This document shows positions 34,621 to 43,736 of a DNA stretch of 64,000 nt, piece by piece; within the stretch, counting starts at the first letter, position 1, and each line of letters starts with the position of its first letter. The translations under genes and the position numbers were made by a program. This DNA is from Bacillota bacterium (GTDB taxonomy: Bacteria; Bacillota; Desulfitobacteriia; Desulfitobacteriales; JAJXUE01). Location: positions 10,416-74,415 of the forward strand of contig JAJXUE010000006.1 of assembly GCA_021783135.1 (NCBI GenBank). The letters run 5' to 3'. The notes under the pieces were generated by a model. That model was not told the origin of the DNA. It made no database searches and saw nothing but the letters and a program-made list of their open reading frames with translations.

Positions 34621-36054
34621 ATGGATCTCAAACGACGCTTAAGTCTGGCTAATGCGGCAACTGTAATCATACCCGTGGTGATTACCTGCATCATGGCCTT
34701 GGCTTTTATTTTTATTGCAGGCAAATTGTTCCATACGGATATTTCTTTTGCTAACTACCAAAGGCTGTCCCAGATAAGACTTGAGCTCATTAATAGTGAA
34801 AACAGTATTCTGCAGCAATCTCCCGCCATGGTAGAAGAAAAAAGCTTTCAAAATGGCTTACAGGCACGCCTAGCGGCAATTGGCGGTGAGTTAATTGTTG
34901 TCAAGGCGGACAATGTACTTTATGCTCCGCAAAATTTTAGTAAAATTGATATCGCCAAGGTCCTAGAGGCAGGAAGCCTAGAACAGGGTAATGAACCGGT
35001 AGTTATTGGCACTATGGCTTATACAGTTCAAGCTATTACCTTGAATTTTAAAGATGGTTCGCACGGGCTAGTTTTGTTGCTGGCACCCTTTGATTCCGCG
35101 TCCAAAACCTTCACCAGTCTGTTGGTGGTAATCGGGGTTACCTTTTTCCTCACGTTTGTGGCAACTAACCTATTGGTTGCTTATCATTTTTCCCGCAGCA
35201 TGGTAGTCCCTTTGCAAAAGTTGCAACTTGCCGCTGCCGAGATTAGCCGTGGCAACCTCGCTTACGCTATTGCTGAGGACGGCGATCAAGAGATTCAAGC
35301 CCTCTGCCGTGATCTAGAGTTGATGCGTATTAAGCTCAAAGACTCGATTCATACTCAACTAAAATTTGAGGATAACCGTAAAATGCTAATATCCAGTATT
35401 TCGCATGATTTAAAGACTCCGGTGACTTCGATCAAAGGGTATGTTGAAGGAATTTTAGACGGCGTGGCCAATACTCCGGCCAAAACAGAGCGCTATTTGC
35501 ACACCATTCTTACTAAGGCACAACAAGTCGATCAAATGATTGATGATTTGCTGCTTTATGCTAAGTTAGATTTAAACCAGATTCCCTTCAATTTTGAGCC
35601 CACAGATATTGCAGAGTTTCTCACGCAGTGTGTAGTGGAAAACGAGCCGGAGTTAGCGAGAAGTCAGATTGAGCTGAGCATGCGCAACGAACTGGCGCAA
35701 GCATGCTATGTCCGCTTAGATCGCGAAAGAATGAACCGGGTGTTGATGAATATCCTGGACAATTCGCGCAAGTATATGCGCGAGGCTGAAGGTGCCATCG
35801 CGATAATGCTGCGTGAAACGCCAACCAGTATAGTTATCGAGGTGCGCGATAATGGCTTTGGGATCAAGGAACTTGATTTACCGCATATTTTTGACCGCTT
35901 TTATCGCGCTGATACCGCACGCAGTGAAATAAAGGGCAGCGGTTTGGGCTTGGCCATTGCGCAGCAGGTGATTGTAGGGCACGATGGTCGAATCTGGGCG
36001 GTTGGGCACGGCGATGCGGGAACAAGTGTTCTGATTTCATTGCCTAAAGTGTGA
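34621..36054 (+). CDS. sensor histidine kinase (HAMP, HisKA and HATPase domains)
   Basis: H-box SISHDLKTPVTSI, N-box MNILDNSRKY, G-boxes DNGFGI and GSGLGLAI. Two transmembrane segments. Confidence 0.9.
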   Translation: MDLKRRLSLANAATVIIPVVITCIMALAFIFIAGKLFHTDISFANYQRLSQIRLELINSENSILQQSPAMVEEKSFQNGLQARLAAIGGELIVVKADNVLYAPQNFSKIDIAKVLEAGSLEQGNEPVVIGTMAYTVQAITLNFKDGSHGLVLLLAPFDSASKTFTSLLVVIGVTFFLTFVATNLLVAYHFSRSMVVPLQKLQLAAAEISRGNLAYAIAEDGDQEIQALCRDLELMRIKLKDSIHTQLKFEDNRKMLISSISHDLKTPVTSIKGYVEGILDGVANTPAKTERYLHTILTKAQQVDQMIDDLLLYAKLDLNQIPFNFEPTDIAEFLTQCVVENEPELARSQIELSMRNELAQACYVRLDRERMNRVLMNILDNSRKYMREAEGAIAIMLRETPTSIVIEVRDNGFGIKELDLPHIFDRFYRADTARSEIKGSGLGLAIAQQVIVGHDGRIWAVGHGDAGTSVLISLPKV

Positions 36055-36069
36055 GTGTGGGGGAGAAGC

Positions 36070-36768
36070 ATGCACAAGATATTGATTATTGAAGATGATG
36101 CCAGCATTGCGGAATTACAGCAGGACTATTTGGAAGTTGCCGGGTTTCAGGTATCGGTGTGTTCCGAGGGGAGGACCGGCCTGCAGGCGTTAGCTGAAAA
36201 TGAGTTTGACCTGTTGATTTTAGATATTATGCTGCCGGGCTTAGATGGGTTGGAAATTCTGCGCCGCCTGAAAGATGATAAGGATATCCCGGTGCTGCTG
36301 GTTTCGGCTAAGAAAGAAGAAATTGATAAGATTAAGGGTTTAAGTCTTGGCGCCGATGACTACATCACCAAACCTTTTAGCCCGGGTGAACTTGTGGCGC
36401 GGGTCAAAGCCCATCTGGAAAACTATGCGAGGTTAAAAACCAAGTTTGCGGCAGGTTACATTAAGGGTAACAGTGTGGTCATTCGCGGGCTTAAAATAGA
36501 GAAAGATGCGCGGCGCGTTTTTGTCTACGGCCAGGAGGTCAATTTGGCGCAAAAGGAATTTGAGTTACTCTTGTATTTAGCGCAGAATCCCAATCGGGTA
36601 TTTGGTCGGGAAGACCTGTTCGAGCGGGTATGGGGTTTGGAAGCCTTGGGTGATGCTTCAACTGTAACTGTCCACATTGCCAGAGTACGCGAAAAGATCG
36701 AAAGTGACCCATCTAACCCGCAGTATGTCGAGACGGTTTGGGGAGCTGGGTACAGGTTTAGGGTCTAG
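36070..36768 (+). CDS. OmpR/PhoB-family response regulator
   Basis: Receiver domain (ILIIEDD...LLILDIMLPGLDG...SAK) and a winged-helix C-terminus (VWGAGYRF). I chose the ATG at 36070. Confidence 0.9.
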   Translation: MHKILIIEDDASIAELQQDYLEVAGFQVSVCSEGRTGLQALAENEFDLLILDIMLPGLDGLEILRRLKDDKDIPVLLVSAKKEEIDKIKGLSLGADDYITKPFSPGELVARVKAHLENYARLKTKFAAGYIKGNSVVIRGLKIEKDARRVFVYGQEVNLAQKEFELLLYLAQNPNRVFGREDLFERVWGLEALGDASTVTVHIARVREKIESDPSNPQYVETVWGAGYRFRV

Positions 36769-36772
36769 GCTG

Positions 36773-37486
36773 ATGTTAGTGCTTCAGCTCACTTTTTGCG
36801 CGTCTCAAAGCAGGAATTTGCTGATTCAAGCAGAAATGCTCCTCATACGCAGTGGTCCCGAGGGACACCGAGATGGGGGTATTTTTTTGTCCAGAGCTGA
36901 ACAGAGTATTGACGCGCACTTGGGTGTTGCCGGTTTTCTCGATGTGGAGACCACTGGCTTAAGTCCGTATGAGCATGAAGTTGTTGAGTTTGCCTTGGCT
37001 TTGTTTACCTATAACCGGCTAAGCGGCGAAATTGTCGCAGTTGTTGACGTATATACCGGTTTACGGGAACCGGATAGACCGATTCCAGCGGCGGCGACGC
37101 GGGTACACGGGCTGACTATTGATGATGTCCGCGGCCACAGGCTTGACGAGGAACGCATTGAGCGCATGTTAGCACAAGCCGAATTTCTGATTGCCCATAA
37201 TGCGGCGTTTGATCGAGGTTTTGTGACCAGACTTTTTCCTGAGTCACAGGCCAAACAATGGTTATGCTCGATGCGGGGTGTCAAATGGCGCTATCGAGGC
37301 TTTAGCTCGGCGGCGTTGCAAAACCTGCTCCATTGGCACGACATTAAACCGACGCAAGCGCACCGGGCCGGGGATGATGTTCAGTGTGCGCTCCAACTAC
37401 TGTCGCGCAAGGATTCCACTGGCAACACTTATTTTTGGGAGCTGTTGCAGCAGCTTGACCTAAAGACTAAAAAGGATATCAGCTGA
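36773..37486 (+). CDS. DEDDh 3'-5' exonuclease (DnaQ/epsilon-like); start uncertain
   Basis: ExoI FLDVETTGL, ExoII HNAAFDRGF, ExoIII HRAGDDV. The tabulated ORF start at 36677 overlaps the response regulator gene. The ATG at 36773 is the first start after the regulator stop. Confidence 0.7.
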   Translation: MLVLQLTFCASQSRNLLIQAEMLLIRSGPEGHRDGGIFLSRAEQSIDAHLGVAGFLDVETTGLSPYEHEVVEFALALFTYNRLSGEIVAVVDVYTGLREPDRPIPAAATRVHGLTIDDVRGHRLDEERIERMLAQAEFLIAHNAAFDRGFVTRLFPESQAKQWLCSMRGVKWRYRGFSSAALQNLLHWHDIKPTQAHRAGDDVQCALQLLSRKDSTGNTYFWELLQQLDLKTKKDIS

Positions 37487-37559
37487 AACTTTATAATTAA
37501 GGCCGTGGCAAGTCCGCGGCCTTTGCTATACCATCAGAAATTAAATTGGCTCGTTTCCT

Positions 37560-37621
37560 TTGACAATATAACAATGTTATGTTACATTATACCTAACATA
37601 GCATAACAAAACATTGTTATA
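37560..37621 (+). promoter_or_regulatory. putative promoter with 12-bp inverted repeats upstream of the yhbD-like gene
   Basis: TTGACA (37560-37565), N17, TACATT. TATAACAATGTT (37567-37578) is the reverse complement of AACATTGTTATA (37610-37621). Confidence 0.4.
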
Positions 37622-37637
37622 TTGGAGTGATGCAGTT

Positions 37638-38273
37638 ATGCACGAGGAAGATTTGTTGGCCAAAAAGGAATTGCTACATTTAACCGGCATCTCCTACGGT
37701 CAACTCTACCGCTGGAAGCGGCAAAACCTAATTCCTGAGGCTTGGTTTATAAAACAGGCTTCATTTACCGGACAAGAGACTTTTTTCCCGAAGGAAAAAA
37801 TCCTTACACGCGTCAAAATGATTATGGACTTGAAAGATCAGTATTCTTTGGATGAATTGGCTAATTTATTTGCGCCGGAATCCACTGACAAGGTGTTTAA
37901 GGTCGATGAACTGGACCTGATTGATGGCATGGCACCGAATGTTTTGCAGTCCTTTAGTAAGGTGCAAGCAACAGACACCGTTACCTTTAAAGATGCCGTG
38001 TTGATTTATGTTCTAAGTAAATTGTCCAGTCAATACGTTCTAAAGGATGAGGAGCTGCAAGATCTGGTAATCAGTTCAACTCACTGGTTGCCAAGGCTGA
38101 CAAATTTGGCGTACCGGATGGTGGTTTGCCGTCGGGAAGATCAAATCTTCGGACTGCTGTTGCCGCCGGATGCAGAGCTGCAGCTGGATTACAAAACCGT
38201 GGAGCAAGCAGTTTTTGACCTGGAAGAGCTGGCTAAGGAGCTTAATTTAAAGTTAAAGCAAAGTTTGGCGTAA
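37638..38273 (+). CDS. YhbD-like MerR-type (DUF4004) DNA-binding protein
   Basis: N-terminal LTGISYGQLYRWKRQNLIPEAWF...GQETFFP pattern, as I recall for B. subtilis YhbD. A bactofilin gene follows, as in the yhbDEF operon. Confidence 0.6.
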   Translation: MHEEDLLAKKELLHLTGISYGQLYRWKRQNLIPEAWFIKQASFTGQETFFPKEKILTRVKMIMDLKDQYSLDELANLFAPESTDKVFKVDELDLIDGMAPNVLQSFSKVQATDTVTFKDAVLIYVLSKLSSQYVLKDEELQDLVISSTHWLPRLTNLAYRMVVCRREDQIFGLLLPPDAELQLDYKTVEQAVFDLEELAKELNLKLKQSLA

Positions 38274-38322
38274 CGATAAAGTTTGGCGGAACATAAAGTT
38301 TGGTTAGGGAGGGCGCACAAGC

Positions 38323-39120
38323 ATGGAAAAGTTGTCTGATCTCTCAATCTCTGGTGTGGGTAAGACTCCTGGAGGCAAGTTTCGTGATGTAGATATCTCG
38401 GGTTTGGGCAAGGTTTTAGGCGATGTTGAGGCGGAACGGGTTGTGATTTCCGGCAAAGGTACCATTGAGGGCAATGCCGTGGTTACGCGTAAAATGGAGA
38501 TATCAGGTATGGGCACCATAACCGGCAATGTAACCGGGGGTGAAATAAGCTCCAGTGGAACTGGTGCTATCGATGGTCTTGTGGATGTTCAGATGGTGGA
38601 AAGTTCGGGTAATCTGCGCGTTAGCGGGGAAGCGAAAATTAAGGAACTTTTCTGCAGTGGGCGCTGCCGGTTCGACAAGAGTCTCAAGGGGGAAAAAGTA
38701 ACTTCGCATGGCTTACTCAGTGCCGGTGGGGACGTTGAGGTCGAGGAATTTCACGCCCAGGGTTCTTTTTCAGTAGATGGTTTGTTAAACGCCCATCATA
38801 TCGATGTCGAAATCCATGGTTATTGTCAAGCTAAGGAAATCGGGGGCGAGGATATTCGGGTCAGAAGCGGCAAATACATCAGTGCGTCTATTTTGGCAAA
38901 GCTAATCAATCCTTTTTTAGGTACTGGACGCCAACTCGATAAGCTAACGGCAAATTTAATTGAGGGTACAAATGTTAGCCTAGAGTACACCAGTGCCAAG
39001 ATAGTGCGGGGCAACAAAGTTATAATTGGTCCTAATTGTACGATTGACTTGGTGGAATACACGGACAGCCTGGAGGTTAATCCACGGGCCCAAGTGGCCA
39101 ACCAAAGCAAACTGGACTAA
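38323..39120 (+). CDS. bactofilin-family polymer-forming cytoskeletal protein (YhbE/YhbF-like)
   Basis: 265 aa of degenerate beta-helical repeats (ISG.G...G.V....). Synteny with the yhbD-like gene. Confidence 0.7.
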   Translation: MEKLSDLSISGVGKTPGGKFRDVDISGLGKVLGDVEAERVVISGKGTIEGNAVVTRKMEISGMGTITGNVTGGEISSSGTGAIDGLVDVQMVESSGNLRVSGEAKIKELFCSGRCRFDKSLKGEKVTSHGLLSAGGDVEVEEFHAQGSFSVDGLLNAHHIDVEIHGYCQAKEIGGEDIRVRSGKYISASILAKLINPFLGTGRQLDKLTANLIEGTNVSLEYTSAKIVRGNKVIIGPNCTIDLVEYTDSLEVNPRAQVANQSKLD

Positions 39121-39208
39121 ACCAACAAAGATCCTACTATACTGCGCAGCAAAATATTAAAGGCCACAGCTTGTCCCATAATTGGGTTGGCTGTGGTCTT
39201 ACCTTGGT

Positions 39209-39547
39209 CTATTCCCAAGTCTGCCAGGTTTCAGGTGCGTAACCAACACTTGCTTGTTTGCCATTACGGACAATGGGAGTCTTGTAAAGGCTGGGATGGT
39301 TGAACAGCAGCTCTTCTCTAACACTAGATGAAGTAATACGATCCATATTTAGCTGTGTGTAAGCCTTAGCGGTGGTGTCTAGCAAGTTGTTAAGCCCTAC
39401 GGCGAGCTTGACACTGCTCAATTCTCCCTTACTTAAACCAGTAATATTTAGATCGATGAACTGGTATTTTATCTTTCTTTCTTTAAAATAGCGCTCGGCA
39501 TTTTTAGTGGCAAAACACTTCTTGGTACCGAAGATCTGAATGTTGAT
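39209..39547 (-). CDS. ArsC/Spx-family (thioredoxin-fold) protein; non-canonical start inferred
   Basis: The tabulated ORF (from 39421) holds only the C-terminal half (PIVRNGKQASVGY). In-frame upstream sequence encodes NIQIFGTKKCFATKNAERYFKERKIKYQFIDL, the family N-terminus with its Cys. GGAGGA at 39554-39559 is followed by ATC at 39547 with no ATG/GTG/TTG available. Confidence 0.6.
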   Translation of the reverse strand: MNIQIFGTKKCFATKNAERYFKERKIKYQFIDLNITGLSKGELSSVKLAVGLNNLLDTTAKAYTQLNMDRITSSSVREELLFNHPSLYKTPIVRNGKQASVGYAPETWQTWE

Positions 39548-39613
39548 GTTGCTTCCTCCTCTGTACGAAGCCTTATTAGAGCTGAGGCCAAACGTGGTTG
39601 CTTCCGCGCGTGC

Positions 39614-40108
39614 TTACGGCAAATCGTGTTCTTTTTTCTCCTTATATGCCAAGTAACGCAGCTTACCTGCCTCGAACAAGCGGTGTTCTTCTTCATTCGT
39701 CAGCTCCAGGCCGGGTACTTGTTGCGGTTTGCCATGGGCATCGAGGGATACAAAGGTTAAGTATGCGGTTAACGCTATTTTGGCAGGCTCGTCGACAGAG
39801 ACGTCCTCAACTGTGACTGTAACGGAAACTTCCATCGAACTTCTGCCCACAAAGGTCAATTTTCCATAACACGTTACCACATTACCAATCCGCACAGGAT
39901 TGATGAATTTTAGTTCGTCCACGCGCGCAGTAACCACATTAGTGCGGGCATGGCGTAGGGCCACAACCCCGGCAGCACTATCGATTAGTTTCATAATCTC
40001 GCCGCCATGCACGTTGCCGGATGGGTTAGCCTGATGAGGGAGCATAAAATTTGACATGATCACCTGAGAATGACTAACTGTTTTAACTGTCACTATAATT
40101 TCCTCCAT
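39614..40108 (-). CDS. acyl-CoA thioesterase (hotdog fold, YciA/BFIT type)
   Basis: LPHQANPSGNVHGGEIMKLID is typical of the family. I chose the ATG at 40108. Confidence 0.8.
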   Translation of the reverse strand: MEEIIVTVKTVSHSQVIMSNFMLPHQANPSGNVHGGEIMKLIDSAAGVVALRHARTNVVTARVDELKFINPVRIGNVVTCYGKLTFVGRSSMEVSVTVTVEDVSVDEPAKIALTAYLTFVSLDAHGKPQQVPGLELTNEEEHRLFEAGKLRYLAYKEKKEHDLP

Positions 40109-40191
40109 TGCTGCGAGTTTCAGTATAATCAAGGACACAGTCAACCTTTTCGGGTTAGCTGTGTCCTTGATTTTGTATTCTTTTATACTTG

Positions 40192-40398
40192 CTACTTGCT
40201 TTGGGCTTGCCGGGCTAGTTTTTTGCTTAACATTTCGCCCCCGGTACCCCAGTTGTCCATTTCATTTTCCTTCAGCAAAACGACAAATGCGTCTTCGGCA
40301 ATTCCCAGCGTCTCACTGGCTAGTTTAGTAAAACCTTTAATTAGGGTTTCCTTTTGCTCTTTGGTGAATTTACCAGCTTCCATCTTGATAAAAGGCAT
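40192..40398 (-). CDS. 4-oxalocrotonate tautomerase-family protein
   Basis: 68 aa, starts MPFI (catalytic Pro1), of tautomerase-family length. Confidence 0.75.
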   Translation of the reverse strand: MPFIKMEAGKFTKEQKETLIKGFTKLASETLGIAEDAFVVLLKENEMDNWGTGGEMLSKKLARQAQSK

Positions 40399-40459
40399 GT
40401 TGATTCCTCCTTGAGAAATTTAGTGATATTTTTATTATAGCGCAAAATGTTCTTTAAGA

Positions 40460-42697
40460 TTAAACAAAAGCTAAATGTGGGCTGATTTCTCCGGTATAAT
40501 ATAACGCCAATCGATGGAGGGCCCTCGTGCAGGCAACGTACAAAAGTTTTTGGTCAAACTCGCTGGTATAATTTTCTTGCGTGACATTGTAAACAAGTGC
40601 CACGTCAAATTCGAGACCCTTAGCCAGATAGGAAGGTATTACCAGGACTCCTTTGTCAAGGGATGAGTCCTCGCTTGACAGAAGGTTAATGTCAGCAAGT
40701 CCCTTTAACTGGGCGTAGACCTGTTGCGCTTCGCGCTGGGTTTTGCAAATGACGGCGATTGACTCATAGCCCTGAGAGAGGTAGTCGGCAATGTCCGCAA
40801 CAATTTGCTGCGCCAGTGCTGCCGAATTTTCCCTACAGACAATCACAGGTTTGGCTTCGTGACGCTCAAAGAGGGGCAATGTTTGTTTTACCCCCAGCAC
40901 TCTTAGCGCAAACTCGTTTGTTTCGTAAGAAGAGCGATAGCCGGTATTGAGGAAGAGCTTAAACGATCTGTTTTTTGCTAAAATTTGCTCGACTTCATCA
41001 TACAACGAAAGGTCGGCGTGCTTAGCTATGGCCTGGTTAACGTCACCTAATACTGTGTAGCGGGCCTGTTTGAACAACAACTTAAATACTTCATAGTGCA
41101 GGGGATAGTAATCCTGGGCCTCGTCGATTACCACATGCTTGATTTCCGCGAAGCCGCCGTCGCCTTCAACTTTTAACTTTAAATATAAAAGTGGTGCGCA
41201 GTCCTCAAACGCTACGTGGCCTTGCTGCAGTGCTTGATGGGTAATGGCAATTATCTGAGCGATATTCTCAGGTAAATTCAGACCGAGGCATAGCTTGTTA
41301 AACAGCTCACTATTGGCGAAAAGCGCTCGATACATGTCCAGGTAATCAACGGTGGTGAATTGTTGGAGACGCTGCTCAAAGCGCTTAGCATCTTTCAGAG
41401 CGAGCAGGCGGCTAAAGGATTTGACTTCAAGCTCATGCCCTTCACTTTTCTGCACTATTGCTTCCAGGCGAGTGAGTCGCTGTTTTTGCAGCGGGTGTAC
41501 CTTATCCAACACCATGTTGGCAACTCTTTGCAGCTGTTTGGCCATAGGTATCCCCACTGTATTCTTGAGAAACCGGTTTTTGAGTTGCTGCCTGGTCATT
41601 ATAATTGCACCATTGTAATAGATGTCCTGGAAGGGAATCATATGCCTGGCATAGTGGCGGAGAAATCGCTCGAGGACTTGAACGAAAGTTCTGGAGCCTT
41701 TAAAATCAATGGCCTGTCTTTTTAGGGTGGTTGCCTTGGAAGCTTGGCCGAAAATCAAGCCTTCGAGTTGGGAGTTGCGCTCCTCTGGGATAAATTTGCC
41801 GTCGAAATGCTGCAGAGCGATAGTCTCAAAAGTAGTCTGTTTGACGTTTTCTTCCCCGAGTTCGGGTAGTACGGTGGAAATGTATTTACTGAAAATAGCA
41901 TTGGGTGAAATGATGAGAAAGTTAGTGGAATTGAGGTTGGAACTTAAACCATGATAAAGGAGGAAGGCAATGCGGTGTAACGCAATCGATGTTTTGCCGC
42001 TGCCGGCTACGCCTTGGACCATCAGTAATTCATTTTCCGTATCGCGAATAACGACATCCTGCTCTTTTTGGATAGTTTCGACTATTTGCCGCATCTGAGG
42101 CGAAGAGTTATGACTCAATACTTCCTGGAGCAGATCATCGTTAATAGTGAGGCTGCAATCAAAAAAGTATTTTAGTTCTGAATGCTGAATTTTATACTGT
42201 CGCTTAAGTAAAATTTCGCAGGAAATAGTCCCAATTGGGGCTGTGTAAAAACCTTTCCCTAGTTCAAAACGGTAAAATAGACTTGAGATGGGAGCACGCC
42301 AATCATAAACATAAACATGATGGGTTTGTCGATCCATGATATTAGATAGACCAATGTAAATTTTCTCCGGGTCAGGGGATTCGTCATCCGCAAGGTCAAT
42401 TCGCGCGAAATAGGGTGAATCTAAAATCCTTTTGTATGTCTCAGCGTGTTTTTGCATGTTGCTAAAGCCCAGGGTCTTAGCGTTAAGTTCTGTTAGGTAT
42501 TGGTTCATTTCGGTTAGCCGGTCAAAGTCATTGACAAAGTGGACGGTATTTTCCCACATGTCTCGCCGGAACTCTATTAGCTTGGTTTTTTGTTCGGCTA
42601 GGGTACTAGTCAGGGTGACGAGTTCACTTTTGATGAAGTTCACGGTGGTATTAAGGTAGTTAGTTTCTTCGTGCAGATTGCTCAAATAGTCGTCCAT
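40460..42697 (-). CDS. helD: HelD-type UvrD-like helicase (helicase IV; RNA polymerase recycling factor)
   Basis: 745 aa. Long N-terminal coiled-coil arm, Walker A GVAGSGKTS, VIDEAQD, C-terminal UvrD-like domain (GLEFD...YVACTRA). Confidence 0.8.
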   Translation of the reverse strand: MDDYLSNLHEETNYLNTTVNFIKSELVTLTSTLAEQKTKLIEFRRDMWENTVHFVNDFDRLTEMNQYLTELNAKTLGFSNMQKHAETYKRILDSPYFARIDLADDESPDPEKIYIGLSNIMDRQTHHVYVYDWRAPISSLFYRFELGKGFYTAPIGTISCEILLKRQYKIQHSELKYFFDCSLTINDDLLQEVLSHNSSPQMRQIVETIQKEQDVVIRDTENELLMVQGVAGSGKTSIALHRIAFLLYHGLSSNLNSTNFLIISPNAIFSKYISTVLPELGEENVKQTTFETIALQHFDGKFIPEERNSQLEGLIFGQASKATTLKRQAIDFKGSRTFVQVLERFLRHYARHMIPFQDIYYNGAIIMTRQQLKNRFLKNTVGIPMAKQLQRVANMVLDKVHPLQKQRLTRLEAIVQKSEGHELEVKSFSRLLALKDAKRFEQRLQQFTTVDYLDMYRALFANSELFNKLCLGLNLPENIAQIIAITHQALQQGHVAFEDCAPLLYLKLKVEGDGGFAEIKHVVIDEAQDYYPLHYEVFKLLFKQARYTVLGDVNQAIAKHADLSLYDEVEQILAKNRSFKLFLNTGYRSSYETNEFALRVLGVKQTLPLFERHEAKPVIVCRENSAALAQQIVADIADYLSQGYESIAVICKTQREAQQVYAQLKGLADINLLSSEDSSLDKGVLVIPSYLAKGLEFDVALVYNVTQENYTSEFDQKLLYVACTRALHRLALYYTGEISPHLAFV

Positions 42698-42736
42698 TAA
42701 TATCTCCCTCTCTCCCTAGCCTCTCCAGACCCCTGC

Positions 42737-43555
42737 TTAGCCAATCGGTGTTTTTGCTGAGAACCAGTCGATTAAGCGGCGGGCAATACTGATCTTGTCT
42801 GGGATTAAGGGCAGGTTGTCGGCCTTGTACCACTGGGCATCGATGATTTCGGCTGGATCTAGCTTGAGATCCCCCCCGGCGTACTCTGCGGTAAAGCCAA
42901 CCATTAATGAGTGCGGGAAAGGCCAGGGCTGACTGCCGAAGTAGCGGATGTCTTTAATTTCGAGTCCGACTTCTTCTTTAACTTCACGCGCCACGCATTC
43001 CTCTAAGGTCTCGCCCGGTTCGACAAAACCGGCCAGGACGCTGTACATGGGGACGGCGAACAGAGTACCGCGGGCCAGCAAAATTTCGTTGCCACGGGTG
43101 ATAGCTACTATGATAGCGGGGGAGATGACGGGATAGCTAAGCAGGCCACAGTTCGGGCAAAGCTTAGCCCGCTCACCGGTTTTGACTGTCGTAGTACTGC
43201 CGCATCGGCCGCAGAATTGGTGGGTTTTATCCCATTCGATTATTTGTCGCGCTCTTCCGGCCAAATAAAACCATTCATCTGCAACCAGGCTAAACAACTG
43301 CCTAAGTCCCAAAAGTTCCAGGTCGGTTGGTATAGCTGTGTCGTCGGCCAGCAGGGCAGCAAAAGCTGGGTACCCGTCTAACGTGCCAAGATAATAAACG
43401 CTGTGAGTAGATATCCCGTATTCAGCTAAGGTTGCTACTAAAGGTGGACTTACACGGCCAGCCTCTTTAACTATCAATAGCTTGTCTTGACAATAGGCAA
43501 ACCAGTACGCCTGCGGGTAACTGGTTGGAGGTATTATTCCCGGTATAAACTTCAT
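42737..43555 (-). CDS. nudC: NAD+ diphosphatase (NADH pyrophosphatase) NudC
   Basis: Zinc ribbon CGRCGS...CPNCG followed by the Nudix box GFVEPGETLEECVAREVKEEVG. ATG at 43555 preceded by AAGGAAG. Confidence 0.85.
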   Translation of the reverse strand: MKFIPGIIPPTSYPQAYWFAYCQDKLLIVKEAGRVSPPLVATLAEYGISTHSVYYLGTLDGYPAFAALLADDTAIPTDLELLGLRQLFSLVADEWFYLAGRARQIIEWDKTHQFCGRCGSTTTVKTGERAKLCPNCGLLSYPVISPAIIVAITRGNEILLARGTLFAVPMYSVLAGFVEPGETLEECVAREVKEEVGLEIKDIRYFGSQPWPFPHSLMVGFTAEYAGGDLKLDPAEIIDAQWYKADNLPLIPDKISIARRLIDWFSAKTPIG

Positions 43556-43736
43556 CAATGCTTCCTTCTTAATTGCGAGTATTTCCATGCTGATTGTAAG
43601 TCCGGAGCGGTGATTTGACAAGGGTGTGATACGATAGGTAGAAATATGGCAAAAGGTTTTAGCAGGTTATTTAAGTATGCATGTGGAAGAATCCAATAGT
43701 TCTTTACCGGTAAACTAGAACTAAGGTGTGGTTGTA

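Noticed and set aside
36677-36772. N-terminal extension of the exonuclease ORF
   Set aside because: It overlaps the 3' end of the response regulator gene in another frame. The DEDD domain begins much later, so I use a start after the regulator stop, although the exact start remains uncertain.
39469-39696. 75-aa minus-strand ORF
   Set aside because: It overlaps the thioesterase 3' end and the true ArsC-family N-terminus in a different frame. Its translation is basic and low-complexity with no motif.
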